Assembly (NCBI GenBank): GCA_951406725.2
Contig: OX597838.1
Coordinates: 21,204,001-21,268,000 of the forward strand
Length of the DNA stretch: 64,000 bases
Origin: Octopus vulgaris
Taxonomy: Eukaryota
Direction of reading: 5' to 3'
Positions 37,605 to 50,400 of this stretch are shown piece by piece. The translations under genes and the position numbers were made by a program. The notes beneath the pieces are model-generated. The model was not told the origin of the DNA and made no database searches. It worked only from the letters and a program-made list of their open reading frames with translations. Position 1 is the first letter of the stretch. Each line of letters begins with the position of its first letter.

Positions 37605-37831
37605 TGTGTTTGTTTGTTTGTTTGTTTGTCTTTGTTCCCCACCATCGCTTGCCAATCAATGTTGTTGTGTTTTCATCCCCGTAACCTAGCAGTTCGGCAA
37701 AAAGTGACCGACAGAATAAGTACTAGGAACAAAGAATAAGTCCTGGGGTCGATTTGCTTTGGCCATAGTCTCAAATGACTGAAACAAAAGAATAAAAGAA
37801 TAAAAGGATAAGAGAATAAAGGAAGACCAAC

Positions 37832-37999
37832 CTGATATATACATCCCTCTAATACAGATATCTTTTCCTGTTATGGTCATAGACTTGGCATTTGCATCCC
37901 CTGTACATCCCACTCCACTCATGCTGCAAATCCCAGTACAAAAGGGCTTCTTGCTGTCTTTGTCGAAATTAACTGAAAACGAACTGAGACGGTTACCAG
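37832..37999 (-). CDS. Exon, C-half of degenerate F-type-lectin-like domain (168 nt): GNRLSSFSVNFDKDSKKPFCTGICSMSGVGCTGDANAKSMTITGKDICIRGMYIS
   Basis: Acceptor TTTCTATTTCCAG, donor CAG|GTTGGT, phase 1-1; RLxxFxV motif and terminal ICIRGMYIS in the position of LCEVEV. Confidence 0.78.
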
Positions 38000-38494
38000 C
38001 TGGAAATAGAAATGAAACAATGTCAGCATATACCTTATATATGTACGTGAGGGTGTGTGTGTGTGTGTTATATAACATGATATAACTTAATGTAAAATAT
38101 GTGTGTATATGTATATATTTAAATATATATGTGTGTGTGTGTGTGTATGTATATGTGTGTATGTATATATGTGCGTGTATGTGTGTGTGTATGTGTGTAT
38201 GTATGTGTGTGTGTGTATATATATTGGCACCTGTGTCGGTGACACATAAAAAAACACCATCCAAGCGTGGCCGTCTGCCAGCCTCGTCTGGCACCTGTGT
38301 CGGTGGCACATAAAATCACCCACTACACTCTCGGAGTGGTTGGCATTAGGAAGGGCATCCAGCTGTAGAAACACTGCCAGATCTGACTGGCCTGGTGCAG
38401 CCTTCGGGCTTGCCAGACCCCAGTTGAACCGTCCAACCCATGCTAGCATGGCGAGCGGATGTTAAACGATGATGATGATGATGATGATGATATA

Positions 38495-38711
38495 TAGTTT
38501 GATTTATATAAATTTAAACCAGTGGCCTAGCATATTGAAAAAATCTGAAGATTCAGAAAAAATTTATATATCATCATCATCATCATCATCATCGTTTAAA
38601 CGGACGCTAAACGATGATGATGATGATGATGATGATATATAATTTTTTTCTGAATCTTCAGATTTTTTCAATATGCTAGGCCACTGGTTTAAATTTATAT
38701 AAATCAAACTA
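38495..38711. repeat. Near-perfect palindrome: 104-bp arms, 9-nt spacer
   Basis: 38495-38598 is the reverse complement of 38608-38711 with one mismatch by eye. Confidence 0.93.
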
Positions 38712-38727
38712 ATACTCAAATATTTAA

Positions 38728-38761
<34 letters not shown>

Positions 38762-39576
38762 TAAATGAAAGACAAAAGATAGAATATACGAGAATTTATT
38801 ACAACAATTGTTTCAACACATCCTAGCATCGATTCCTCTTGGGTGGGGCACTCAACAACTGATTCAGGAGCATCCAGTGGTGCAGATGCATCTCATCGGG
38901 TGATAAATACAACTTGTTAAAATAACTGTTCCACAATGTAACTTCCCGTTTTGTAAAGAGAAAAGCAGCCAGACGAAGAAAATATACTCTTTTACTCTTT
39001 TACTTGTTTCAGTCATTTGACTGCGGCCATGCTGGAGCACCGCCTTTAATCAAGGAACTCGACCCCGGGACTTATTAAAACTATTACTCAGAGTTTCACG
39101 CTCCCGTTCGTGCATATAAACATACGTGGAGCTTTAGGTGTTTTCGCTCAATAAACACACGCAATGCCCTGTCTGGGAACGAAACCGCAATCCTCCGACT
39201 GTTAGTCCGCTGCCCTAACCACTGGGCCATAGCGCCTCTACATTTATATTGTTCATCGTTTAATGATGAACGATATAAATGAAGATATTTTCTCCATCTG
39301 GATCAAAAAAAAAGCCACAGATGACAGAAAGAGAAACGAACATGCAATCCAGCAAGAAAAGTGTTAAAAATAACTTTTAACAGATATGGATGTATAAACC
39401 ACCCTCAGGTAAGCTGCGTGACATGAGTACACTTGCTCATACAAGCATCTGCAAAAATGTGAGCACACGCACACGTGAGGTTTGGTGCACTCATGATCAC
39501 AAAGTGAATTAGCTATCTACTTGGTGTTTGTAAGAATGGGGAAGTTAAAGGTAAACTCAAGTCATCCATACCTTAA

Positions 39577-39799
39577 CCCTTTAGTGTTTAAACCGGCCAT
39601 ATCCGGCCCAAATAATCTACATGTTTTCTGTTAAAACTGCCCAGGTTTGGTATCTCACACCAACCTATAATGTCAATCTAAAAACAGGTGATAACATCAT
39701 GGAAATCTTAAAGCTACGAAATAATGCATGATTAGCTTAAAACAATATGAATAAATGAATAAATATTATATTTGACAGAATAATCTGAATGCTAAAGGG
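39577..39799. mobile_element. Second piggyBac-type MITE family (TTAA TSD, ~220 bp); copies at ~43273-43492, 50086-50306, 51165-51506 (SINE-interrupted), partial/tandem 16160-16505
   Basis: TTAA|CCCTTTAG ... CTAAAGGG|TTAA; shared internal ccggccatatccggcc. Confidence 0.85.
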
Positions 39800-41849
39800 T
39801 TAAAGTAAATTATTATTAATGGTTACCCAAAATTCATTCCCACTGCATTGTGTGAAAGTACATTTATATGTGTGTAGGCATCTTGTGAGTTGTTCAGAAA
39901 TTCTATGAATAATCTTCTTGTTAGTCCATAGACTGTCGGTGATGTGGTAACCCTTGATGATGGAAGAAGACGATATTCTTCCGATATCATAAACCTTGCC
40001 TTCCATTATAGTGATATTGCAGGCAATGGTAGTGGTGTTCGCATTGTTGCCTGCAATTCTGTTTGACACCATTGTGAAGCTACTTCAATTGTTGTTGTTA
40101 TTGTTACTGTTCTTGTTGCTTACTGGTGTTGCTGCTACCATTGCTGGTCATTACTGCCGCTATGGTATTATGTGGCAGTAGCTGTCTTCTTCTTCTTCCA
40201 ATCAGGGCTCACGCCATTAGCCACAAAGAATAATCTCTAATTTGAGCCTACCCTAAGCTACTAAGAATGCGTGTGGCAACTTGAAGATCCACCCACCACA
40301 TGCGATAGACTGGCAGTTGCATGGGCGCGAAAGCTACGTTGTTATCCTCATTCCATAAACGGTGGCTTTTAACGGGTGGAGAGCTGAACCATCCTGGGGT
40401 ACAGAGGATTCACAATCTAGACTAGGGTCTGAAAGTTTTACCACACCATAGTGGCTTACACCATGGTTCCTTTGCTTTGTGGCAGAAGTAGGAAGAAAGA
40501 GTGAGAGAAAGTTGTGGTGAAAGAGTACAGCAGGGTTCACCCCTCCACCGCCGGAGCCTCGTGAAGCTTAGATATTTTTGCTCAATAAACACTCACAATG
40601 CCTGGTCTGGAAATCGAAACCGCAGTCTTATGACCGCGAGTCCGCTGCCCTAACCACTGGGCCATTGTGCCTCCACTGCTATTGTTGCTGGTCATTACTG
40701 CCACTATAACTGTTCTGCAATGTAGCTGTTGGCTGCTGCGAACTATCACTTCACCTTCAAAATTATCTCTTACCTTCAGGTCAGATGGCAAAGACGAAAG
40801 TGTGGGAGTAATTTTGAAAATTTTGTTTCAATTTGAAATATCTTTTCTTTCTTTCTTTCAAAATTTTCTTCTGCAGGGTGTATGAGAGTTGGGGCTTGAC
40901 CAGTGCTCTATGACCTTGGCCAGTTTAACAAGATTAAACAATAGAGTTAACATGTGCAACCTTCTAGAAACGAAAATAAGGCGGCGAGCTGGCAGAAACG
41001 TTAGCACGTCAGGCGAAATGCTTAGCAGTATTTCGTTTGCCATTGCGTTCTGAGTTCAAATTCCGTCGAGGTCGACTTTGCTTTTCATCCTTTCAGGGTC
41101 GATAAATTAAGTACCAGTTACGCATTGGAGTCGATATAATCGACTTAATCCATTTGTCTGTCCTTGTTTGTCCTCTCTGTGTTTAGCCCCTTGCGGGTAG
41201 TAAAGAAATAGGTATTTTGTCTGCTGTTACATTCTGAGTTCAAATTCCGTCAAGGTCGACTTCGCCTTTCATCCTTTTGGGTTCGATAAATTAAGTACCA
41301 GTTATGCACTGGGGTCGATGTAATAGACTTAACCTCTTTGTCTGTCCTTGTTTGTCCCCTCTATGATTAGCCCCTTGTGGGCAATAAAGAAATAAGAAAC
41401 GAAATAAGATACAGACTAATGGATCTCCTAGGGCTCGTTCAGCCATAGCAATGAACAGCAACCACAACAACAACAAAAGTAAAACCAACAACAACGATAA
41501 CAATAATAATAACAATCATCATCATCATTGTTTGACCGTGGTCGAGACAATGGAATTTACCATGCTACGCCAGACTTCACGGTCCATCATAGCATTACGA
41601 AGGTCCTGTTGCTGGATGCCTGTATCCCTGGAGATTACATCAGGGTAGGAGAGTGTGCGCCCTCTGGTGTTGCGAGTAGATGGCTTCCTGAGGAGAAGAG
41701 TAGAAATTGCCTAGTTTTCAGCTCTACAACAATGTCCAGCAAACTGGACTCTCCTACCTTTCACAAGAGATGACGAGAGATAACAATAATGATAATAATA
41801 ATAATAATAATGATAACACTAATAAAGATATTAATAATAAATGACTTAC

Positions 41850-41984
41850 AATAATGGTAACATTTCACAGTCACGTATTGGATACGATATCGCTCTGGAA
41901 ATACCACTTTAAATGGTAGCTCCATACACTTTGGTGTTGAAACATTTCTTGAAGAATATATCCTTTGTACGTCAGCATAAACCG
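41850..41984 (-). CDS. Exon, N-half of degenerate F-type-lectin-like domain (135 nt): VYADVQRIYSSRNVSTPKCMELPFKVVFPERYRIQYVTVKCYHY
   Basis: Pyrimidine tract TTTCTTCTTTCCTTAG acceptor, donor T|GTAAGT, phase 1-1, open. FKVVFPERYRIQYVTV resembles WxVDLxxxYxIxxVxI. Not in the ORF track. Confidence 0.78.
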
Positions 41985-42153
41985 CTAAGGAAAGAAGAAA
42001 ATGGAGATTAGATTAGGATGATGATGATGATGATAAATCGGAGGAGGAGTGTTGGGAGACATAGCAACTACACTACTACATACACAGTGCATATCTATTT
42101 ATTTATTCATCTGTCTGTCCGTCTATCTATCTATCTATCCATTATCTGTCCAC

Positions 42154-42188
<35 letters not shown>

Positions 42189-42754
42189 AAAAAAAAAAAA
42201 GACTCTGCCGGTTACGACGACGAGGGTCCCAGCTGATACGATCAACAGAACAGCTTGCTCGTGAAATTAACGTGCAAATGGCTGAGCATTCCACAGACAC
42301 GTGTACCCTTAACGTAGTTCTCGGGGATAATCAGCGTGACACAGAGAGTGACAAGGCTGACCCTTTGAAATACAAGTACAAGTCATTTTTGCCAGCTGAG
42401 TGGACTGGAGCAACGTGAAATAAAGTGTCTTGCTCAAGGACACAACGCGTCGCCGGGAATCGAACTCACAACCTTACGATCATGAGCCGAATGCCCTAAC
42501 CACTAAGCCACGCGCCCTCACCTCTATCTATCTATCCATTATCTGTCCGCCTATCTATCTAGGATCTGTTCCATCTCATGCACAGATTTTTAAATTAATT
42601 TTTTTTTTTTAACTAAATACTTTGAAGCTTCAGATACTGGTAGAATGTATCATGTAGAACAAGGTTTACACTTAATGCTTTTGAGAAAATTTTGTATTTT
42701 AGAAGTTATTTCGTGTTATCTATCTATCTATCTATCTATCACTCTGTCTATCAC

Positions 42755-42788
<34 letters not shown>

Positions 42789-43929
42789 ACTCTATCTGTC
42801 TGTCTGTCTGCTTGTCTGTCTGTTTGTCTGTCTGTCTATCTATCTTTCTTTCTATCCATAAATACTCACGTGCACAGCCCCCCCCCCCACAGACACACAC
42901 ACACACATTTATATCAGGTCACTATCATATGCTAACATAAAACCCAACACAGCCTGTTACATGGTCGGGTCCTTGACGACAAAACCAGGAGATCCCCTCC
43001 AAGCTTGCTCGGTGAGGAGGGCGATGCTTTGGTCACCCTGCAGGATGAATATCAAGACTCCTAGCAGGGTGGAGGAAATCATGCGTGTCAACAGCCATCT
43101 AATTGAAGTTTGTTGTTAATGAGTTACGTGGTATCCTTGCACAAAGAGCCCCGTGAGTTAGAATGGCAGCGCTTTTTCCATTTTGTCTGCTGGTGGCACG
43201 AGAGATGTTTCTATTAGGTTGTTTCACGTGAAATGTTGCAGTTTTAATTACTTGTTATTTCAGTCATTTAACCATTTAGTGTTCGCATTATTCTGCCCAA
43301 ATTAATGCTTTTTTATCCTCATTGTTTTGAACTAATCATGCATTATCTTGTAGCTATGAAAATTTGATGAGGTAGCTGTTAATTTTTAAAACGACATTGT
43401 AGGGTTGGTGTGAGAGACCAGATCTGGCCAGTTTGAACATAAAACAGGCAGAATACTTTTGGCCGGATATGGCCGGTTTAAATGCTAAAAGGTTAAAGAC
43501 TCAATTATGTATACCTTGCATTTAATCTCGACACTTTTTCTTTCCTAACAATAATGGTATACAAAATTCGTACCCACAAACCTTATGAAAATGATAACAA
43601 TCAAACTTAGATGTCTTGCAAACAACTTGCACATGCAAGTGCTACCAGTTAAAAGCTCTGTATATCGGAAGCTAGCAAGTGTATGGGGTCATCAGGAGAG
43701 AATGCGCGCCGTTTCGGGGCCTACCTCTTGACGGCATCAATGCGCACCGGCCCCCTCACTGATATGAGGCCCCGCTTGCTAGATCAGCTGGTTATGAAGA
43801 ACTCAATATACTTCTAGCCATCGCTCATCGTCTCTTTTTAACCAAATCCAGTGGCTAGCCTTCTCCACTGCAGATTGGATATCAGTCATGGTGGTATTGA
43901 CTTTACGATGAGTTAGGCCTAACGATAAC

Positions 43930-44100
43930 TATGTTGAGTGATTTTCTCGTATGAGTACAAACTAGGTCACTCTGCCACAGAAGCTCTATGGAATATCAAA
44001 CGGGCTCTAGGTAATGGTTTTGTTGACATCAGAACTGTTCAGAGATGATCTCAAAGCTCTCGTTCAGGAGATGATAGCCTTGAAAATAAACTAAACGAAT
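43930..44100 (+). mobile_element. Decayed mariner transposase N-terminal HTH fragment
   Basis: YEYKLGHSATEALWNIKRALG...IRTVQR*...RSGDDSLEN. Confidence 0.65.
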
Positions 44101-44411
44101 CATGATATCGGGCGATTGTAGAATATTCCTGCTATGCAGGTTATTTTTTTACCACTACTCAGATGGTTTGCATCCTCCATGTCATTTAGCTTTTTCCTCA
44201 ACAGCAATTTTAATCTTTATGCTCTCCAACGCCTTTGACAGCTCTTACTACAGAGCCAAGCCTAACAAGAATAAGACTGTAAATGAACATTTGTTTATAT
44301 ATAATTACGTGTGTGTGAGCGTCTGCATGTGTGTGTGTATGCGTGAATTTACTGAGGTTTGACTTCAACTGCCTTTACTTACTACTACTACTACTACTAC
44401 TACTGCTGCTG

Positions 44412-44447
<36 letters not shown>

Positions 44448-44746
44448 TCTATCTATCTATCTATCTATCCGCTCAGTCGAAGTCAACTCTCGATCACTCA
44501 TTGGATCAGTGTCCTCCAGTCAGTTCTATCCTGGGCCGCTTCTTTCAGATTGGCTATGTCCATTCCAGTTTCCCTCTTGAGTGGCTGTGTGGTAAGTAGC
44601 TTGCTTACCAACCATGTGTTTCTGGGTTCAGTCCTATTCTGTGGCACTTTGGCAAGTGCCTTCTACTATAGTCTCGGGCCGACCAAAGCCTTGTGAGTGG
44701 ATTTGTCTGACAGAAACTGAAAGAAGCCCGTCGTATATATACATAC

Positions 44747-44780
<34 letters not shown>

Positions 44781-45102
44781 CTGCGTTTGTCCCCTCATCA
44801 TCACTTACATATATGTATGTATGCATGTATGTATGTATAGATGGATGGTTTGATGGATGGATGTATTTATGTATCTGTGTTTGTCCCCCCCACCACCACC
44901 ATCGCTTGACAACCAATGATGGTGTGTTTACGTCCCCGTAAAGTAGTGGTTCGGCAAAAGAGACCGATAGAATAAGTACTTGGCTTACAAAGAATAAGTC
45001 CTGGTAGAGGTGAGGGTGGGGGCTATTTGTTTGACCAAAAGGCGCTGCTCCAGCATGGCCGCAGTCAAATGACTGAAACAAGTTATAACAAAGACAAAAA
45101 AA

Positions 45103-45323
45103 TGAAAGAAAGAAAGAAGGAAGGAAAGAAAGAAAGAAGAAAAGAAAGAGAGAAGGAAGGAAAGAAAGAAAGAAAAGAAAGAAATAAAGAAGGAAGGAAA
45201 GAAAGAAAGAAGGAAGGAAAGAAAGAAAGAAGAAAAGAAAGAAAGAAGGAAGGAAAGAAAGAAAGAAAAGAAAGAAATAAAGAAGAAAAGAAAGAAAGAA
45301 GGAAGGAAAGAAAGAAAGAAGGA

Positions 45324-45371
<48 letters not shown>

Positions 45372-45785
45372 AGGAAGGAAAGAAAGAAAGGAAAAAGGAA
45401 GGAAAGAAAGACGGAAGGAAAGAAAGAAAGAAGGAAGGAAGGAAGGAAAGAAAGAAAGGAAGAGAAGGAAGGAAAGAAAGAAAAAAAGGAAGAAAGAAAG
45501 AAAAAGAGGAAGGAAGAAAGAAGGAAGGAAAGAAAGAAAGGAAGAAAGGAAGGAAGAAAGAAAGAAAGGAAGGAAAGAAAGAAGGAAGGAAGGAAAGAAA
45601 GAAAGAAGGAAGGAAAGAAAGAAAGAAAGGAAGGAAGAAAGAAGGAAGGAAAGAAAGAAAGGAAGAAAGAAGGAAAGAAAGAAAGAAAAGAAGAAGGAAG
45701 GAAAGAAAGAAGGAAGGAAGGAAGGAAGGAAAGAAAGAAGGAAAGAAAGAAAGAAGGAAGGTAAGAAAGAAATAAAGAAGGAAAG
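45103..45785. repeat. ~680-bp nearly pure polypurine (AAAG/AAGG)n tract
   Basis: Almost only A/G on the + strand. Confidence 0.95.
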
Positions 45786-45811
45786 ACAATTAAGTACAGC
45801 GTTCTACGTAC

Positions 45812-45958
45812 CTGTTTGACAGTTACGTCCTTCAAAACCGTGCTGGCATCCGTAAGATTTACAATAAGCGTTCCCACTGAATCGACATGCGGCTATTTCT
45901 TCACAATGGCACTCGTACTTCATTTTCGGTCCAAACTTCCGCATGTTATGCGGACAAG
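45812..45958 (-). CDS. First observed exon, EGF-like unit (147 nt): [48 protein letters not shown]
   Basis: Acceptor CAG (AG at 45960-45959), donor AG|GTACGT; EGF cysteine spacing; only 7 Cys. Confidence 0.88.
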
Positions 45959-47458
45959 CTGCGGATGGGAAAAATAATAAGGATTTAGGAGGAATAATCC
46001 AGCACATCCGTTTTTCGGGAAATATAAAAAAAAAATTTTTTAAATGTCTTAAGACGGATCAATAAAAGTAGCCAAAGATATCAGAGAACAATATTTATAT
46101 ACTTTTTTTTTTTTTGTCAATGACATACATGTGTGTATATGTGTGTGGTGGGGGTGTTTGTATGCATGCGAGTATGTGTGTGCGAGTATGTGTGTGCGAG
46201 TATGTGCATGTGTATGCATACTCTTTCTTACTCTTTTACTTGTTTCAGTCATCTGACTGCGGCCATGCTGGAGCACCGCCTTTAGTCGAGCAACTCGACC
46301 CCGGGACTTATTCTTTTGTAAGCCCAGTACTTATTCTATTGGTCTCTTTTGCCGAACCGCTAAGTAACGGGGACATAAACACACCAGCATCAGTTGTCAA
46401 GCAATGCTAGGGGGACAAACATACGCACACATATACATATATATACATATATACGACGGGCTTCTTTCAGTTTCCGTCTACCAAATCCACTCACAAGGCA
46501 TTGGTCGGCCCGGGGCTATAGCAGAAGACACTTGCCCAAGATGCCATGCAGTGGGACTGAACCCGGAACCATGTGGTTGGTTAGCGAGCTACTTACCACA
46601 CAGCCACTCCTGCGTGAATTTACTGAATTTTGACTTCGACGGCTTTGACCTACTTGTACTACTATAACTAAATCTCCTTAAAAATGAGCAAGAATGACAG
46701 AAGTGCATAAATGGTGTAGCAACAACCCAGCCTGCAGATTAGCACAGAAATGGTTTTCCTTCTATTTCTTACAAAAATATTTTCCTATGTATATTTGCAA
46801 TCATCATCATCGTTTAACGTCCGTTTTCCGCGCTAGCACGGGTTGGACGGTTCGACTGGGGTCTGGGAAGCCAGGGCCTGCACCAGGCTCCAGTCTGATC
46901 TGGCAGGGTTTCTACAGCTGGATCCTCTTTTATTATTTTTTTTTCACATAGGCACTGGAGTGGCTGTGTGGTAAGTAGCTTGCTTACCAACCACATGGTT
47001 CCGGGTTCAATCCCACTGCGTGACACCTTGGACAAGTGTCTTCAACTATAGCCTCGGGGCCCACCAAAGCCTTGTGAGTGGATTTGGTAGACGGAAACTG
47101 AAAGAAGCCCGTCGTATATGGCTCGGTGGTTAGAGCCTTGAGCTTACGATCGTGAGGTTGTGAGTTCGATTCCCGGACCGAGCTGCGTGTTGTGTTCTTG
47201 AGCAAGACACTTTATTTCGCGTTGCTCCAGTCCACTCAGCTGTAGAAATGAGTTGCCAAGCTGTATCAGCCCCTTTGCTTTTCTCTTGGATAACATCAGT
47301 GGTGTGGTATGCATGGACAACATCAGTGGCTGGTATGCATGGACAACTGCTCGCCTTCCATAAACAACCTTGCCCGGTATGTGCCTTAGAGAGTAACTTT
47401 CTGGGTGCAATCCCATGGTCATTCATGACCGAATGGGGTCTCCTCCTCCTCATATATA

Positions 47459-47493
<35 letters not shown>

Positions 47494-50400
47494 CTGTGTT
47501 TGTCCCCCCAACATCGCTTAACAACCGATGCTGATGTGTTTACGTCCTCGTTCGGCAAGAGAGGCCGATAGAATAAGTGCTAGGCTTACAAAGAATAAGT
47601 CCTGGGGTTGATTTGCTTGACTAAAGGCGGTGCTCCGGCATGGCCGCAGTCATTGACCGAAACAAATAAAAAGAAAAAGAAAGTCGAAACAGAGGAGTGG
47701 TCATAAGAAGAAAATGTATTATAGCAACCCGTGGTTAAACAACCTCAGTAGCCAGGCATGCATAGCAGCTGCCACTCCCATTGACATCAGCAAAAGAATT
47801 TCTGAACTATAAAAACTACAACCACAACAACATCAAGAGCGAAAACAAAAACACACTTGCTGCAGCATGACTCGTGACGACTCCAACAATAACTGTAACA
47901 AAACCAGCAACAACAACAATAGTATATATTTCTTTATTGCCCACAAGGAGCTAATCATAGAGGGGACAAACAAAGATCAGACAAACGGATTAAGTCGATT
48001 ACATAACCCCCCAGTGCGTAACTGGTACTTAATTTATCGACCCCGAAAGGATGAAAGGCAAAGTTGACCTCGGCGGAATTTTAACTCAGAACGTAACCGC
48101 GGACGAAATACCTATTTCTATTTCTTTACTACCCACAAGGAGCTAAACACAGAGAGGACAAACAAGGACAGACAAACGGATTAAGTCGATTATATCGACC
48201 CGAGTGCATAACTGGTACAACCCTGAAAGGATGAAAGGCAAAGTCGACCTCGGTGGAATTTGAACTCAGAACATAACCGCGGACGAAATGCGGCTACGCA
48301 TTTCGCCCGGCGTGCTAATGTTTCTGCCAGCTCGCTGCCAACAACAACAACAACACTAGTATAATCGTCAGCTGTAGTAACAACATCAACAATGGCTCTA
48401 ACTGCTGCAAAAGTATCAACAAAGAAAACAACTGTAGCATTTTTCTTTAGTGTTTTTTTTTTCCAAAGGCAGTAACTTCCTTCGTAAACATAGCAAATAG
48501 GTGGATCACCCATTTACTGTAAGGGAAGACAGAGGCCATTAACACATATCCAACATGGCACCACGGCACTCCCAGAAGTGGAAATGATTTGCATCAAGAA
48601 AAGAGCAATAATCTATAACAACAATCGCACAGGAAGAAGGTCACGATACACTCCCCCAAGGATATAGAAAAATGAATGGATGAAGTGTGGCCTATTGGCG
48701 GCGAGCTGGCAGAAACGTTAGCGTGCCGGGCAAAATGCTTAGCGGTATTTCGTTTGTCGTTATGTTGTGAGTTCAAATTCCGCCGAGGTCGACTTTGCCT
48801 TTCATCCTTTTGGGGTCGATTAAATAAGTACCAGTAACGCACTGGAGTCGATATAATCGACTTATTCCGTGTCTGTCCTTGTTCGTCCCCTCTGTGTTTA
48901 GCCCCTTGTGGGTAGTAAAGAAATAGGTATTTCGTCTGTCGTTTAGTTCTGAGTTCAAATTCCGCCGAGGTCGACTTTGCCTTTCATCCTTTCGGGGTCG
49001 ATTAAATAAGTACCAGTTACGTACTGGGGTCGATGTAGTCGACTTAATCCCTTTGTCTATCCTTGTTTGTCCCCTCTATGTTTAGCCCCTTGTGGGTAGT
49101 AAAGAAATATATATATATCTGCTGAGGAAGGCAATGTAGGATTGTGGTGGCTATCTGCAGTTATGAAGGGGAAGCATGCAGGATGCAAAATTTTTTTCTC
49201 ACAAGGGTTCTGGACTCTAGTAATGAATTCATGTCCATACTGCCAATCAGAGCTCATCTTGATCTTGTCATGTTAACAAACACACTCTACCACGTAAACT
49301 GCATCTTTTATCATCGGTGGGTGGCGTGGGGGGAGGGGCACCGGCATGACAAAACATTAAACTAGCTACAGTAAACAGTGAAAAACATTAAAGCATTCGC
49401 GAGCAAATTAGATATTTAAAGGCTACGAGCAAACCAACAAAAGTTGCTAGAAATAACAGTCAAAACATTGCTTAGAACAGACATTTATTAGTGAAAAAAA
49501 TTCCAAGAACGAAGGTTTGCAATAAAATAAACTATCTTTCCCATATCTTCTTCTCCACATAAATTCACAAAGATAAGAGTCAACCACGGAACGGTGCATC
49601 CCACACCGGCGTTTGCTTCCACGTGTTAAAGATGCCCAGGTACTTTCAATTTGTTGAGTGTGAGTTTAAGGAACACGTAGTTACACTCCTTGTGTGCATG
49701 CACAGCACCTTTAGTTACTATGGAAGCAAAGTTCTTCGCAATCAGCTATGGAACACGTGGTGCTCCTTTGCTTAGGTTACTACGGAAACAGAGTTCTTTG
49801 CCACAGTGATGTGTAAAATACGCGCTTCTGAATGGCTAAAATACGCAAATTTTGCAAAATTTTAGAGGCTTATAATTTTTTAATTATGGATTTATAAGAA
49901 AATGAATTATATTTTCATAATTAGTATACAAAACTTAATCCACATACCAAATTTTAAAACAACTGGAACAAAATTATAGACAGTGATGATAACCAGAAAG
50001 ACTCGATTGATCTTTGTGGACGTCATTGTTCGACAGGTATAATAATTTTGGACTGTACCTCTTATATATTCAAAAACTGAATTAACCCTTTAGTGTTCAC
50101 ATTATTCTGCCAAAATTAATCCTTTTTTATCCACATTGTTTTGAACTAATGATGCATTATCTTGTGGCTTTGAGATTTTGATGAGGTAGCTGTTAATTTT
50201 TAAAACGATATTGTAGGGTTGGTGTGAGAGACCAGATCTGGCCAGTTTGAACATAAAACAGGCAGAATACTTTTGGCCAGATATGGCCGGTTTAAATGCT
50301 AAAGGGTTAAAGAGGCAATTAGGAAAAATTGACATGAATGTTTCTATTGGGGCATTTTCACACATGGTAGAAATTGTGTCTGTTTATATGGATGTCAATG

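Noticed and set aside
43515-43544. 30-nt candidate exon (tgttag|...AAG|gtatac)
   Set aside because: Contains TAA in the phase-1 frame and has a poor pyrimidine tract; no support.
44605-45877. Long ORFs (394, 245, 264 aa) rich in F/L/S or K/E/R
   Set aside because: Translations of the (AAAG/AAGG)n tract.
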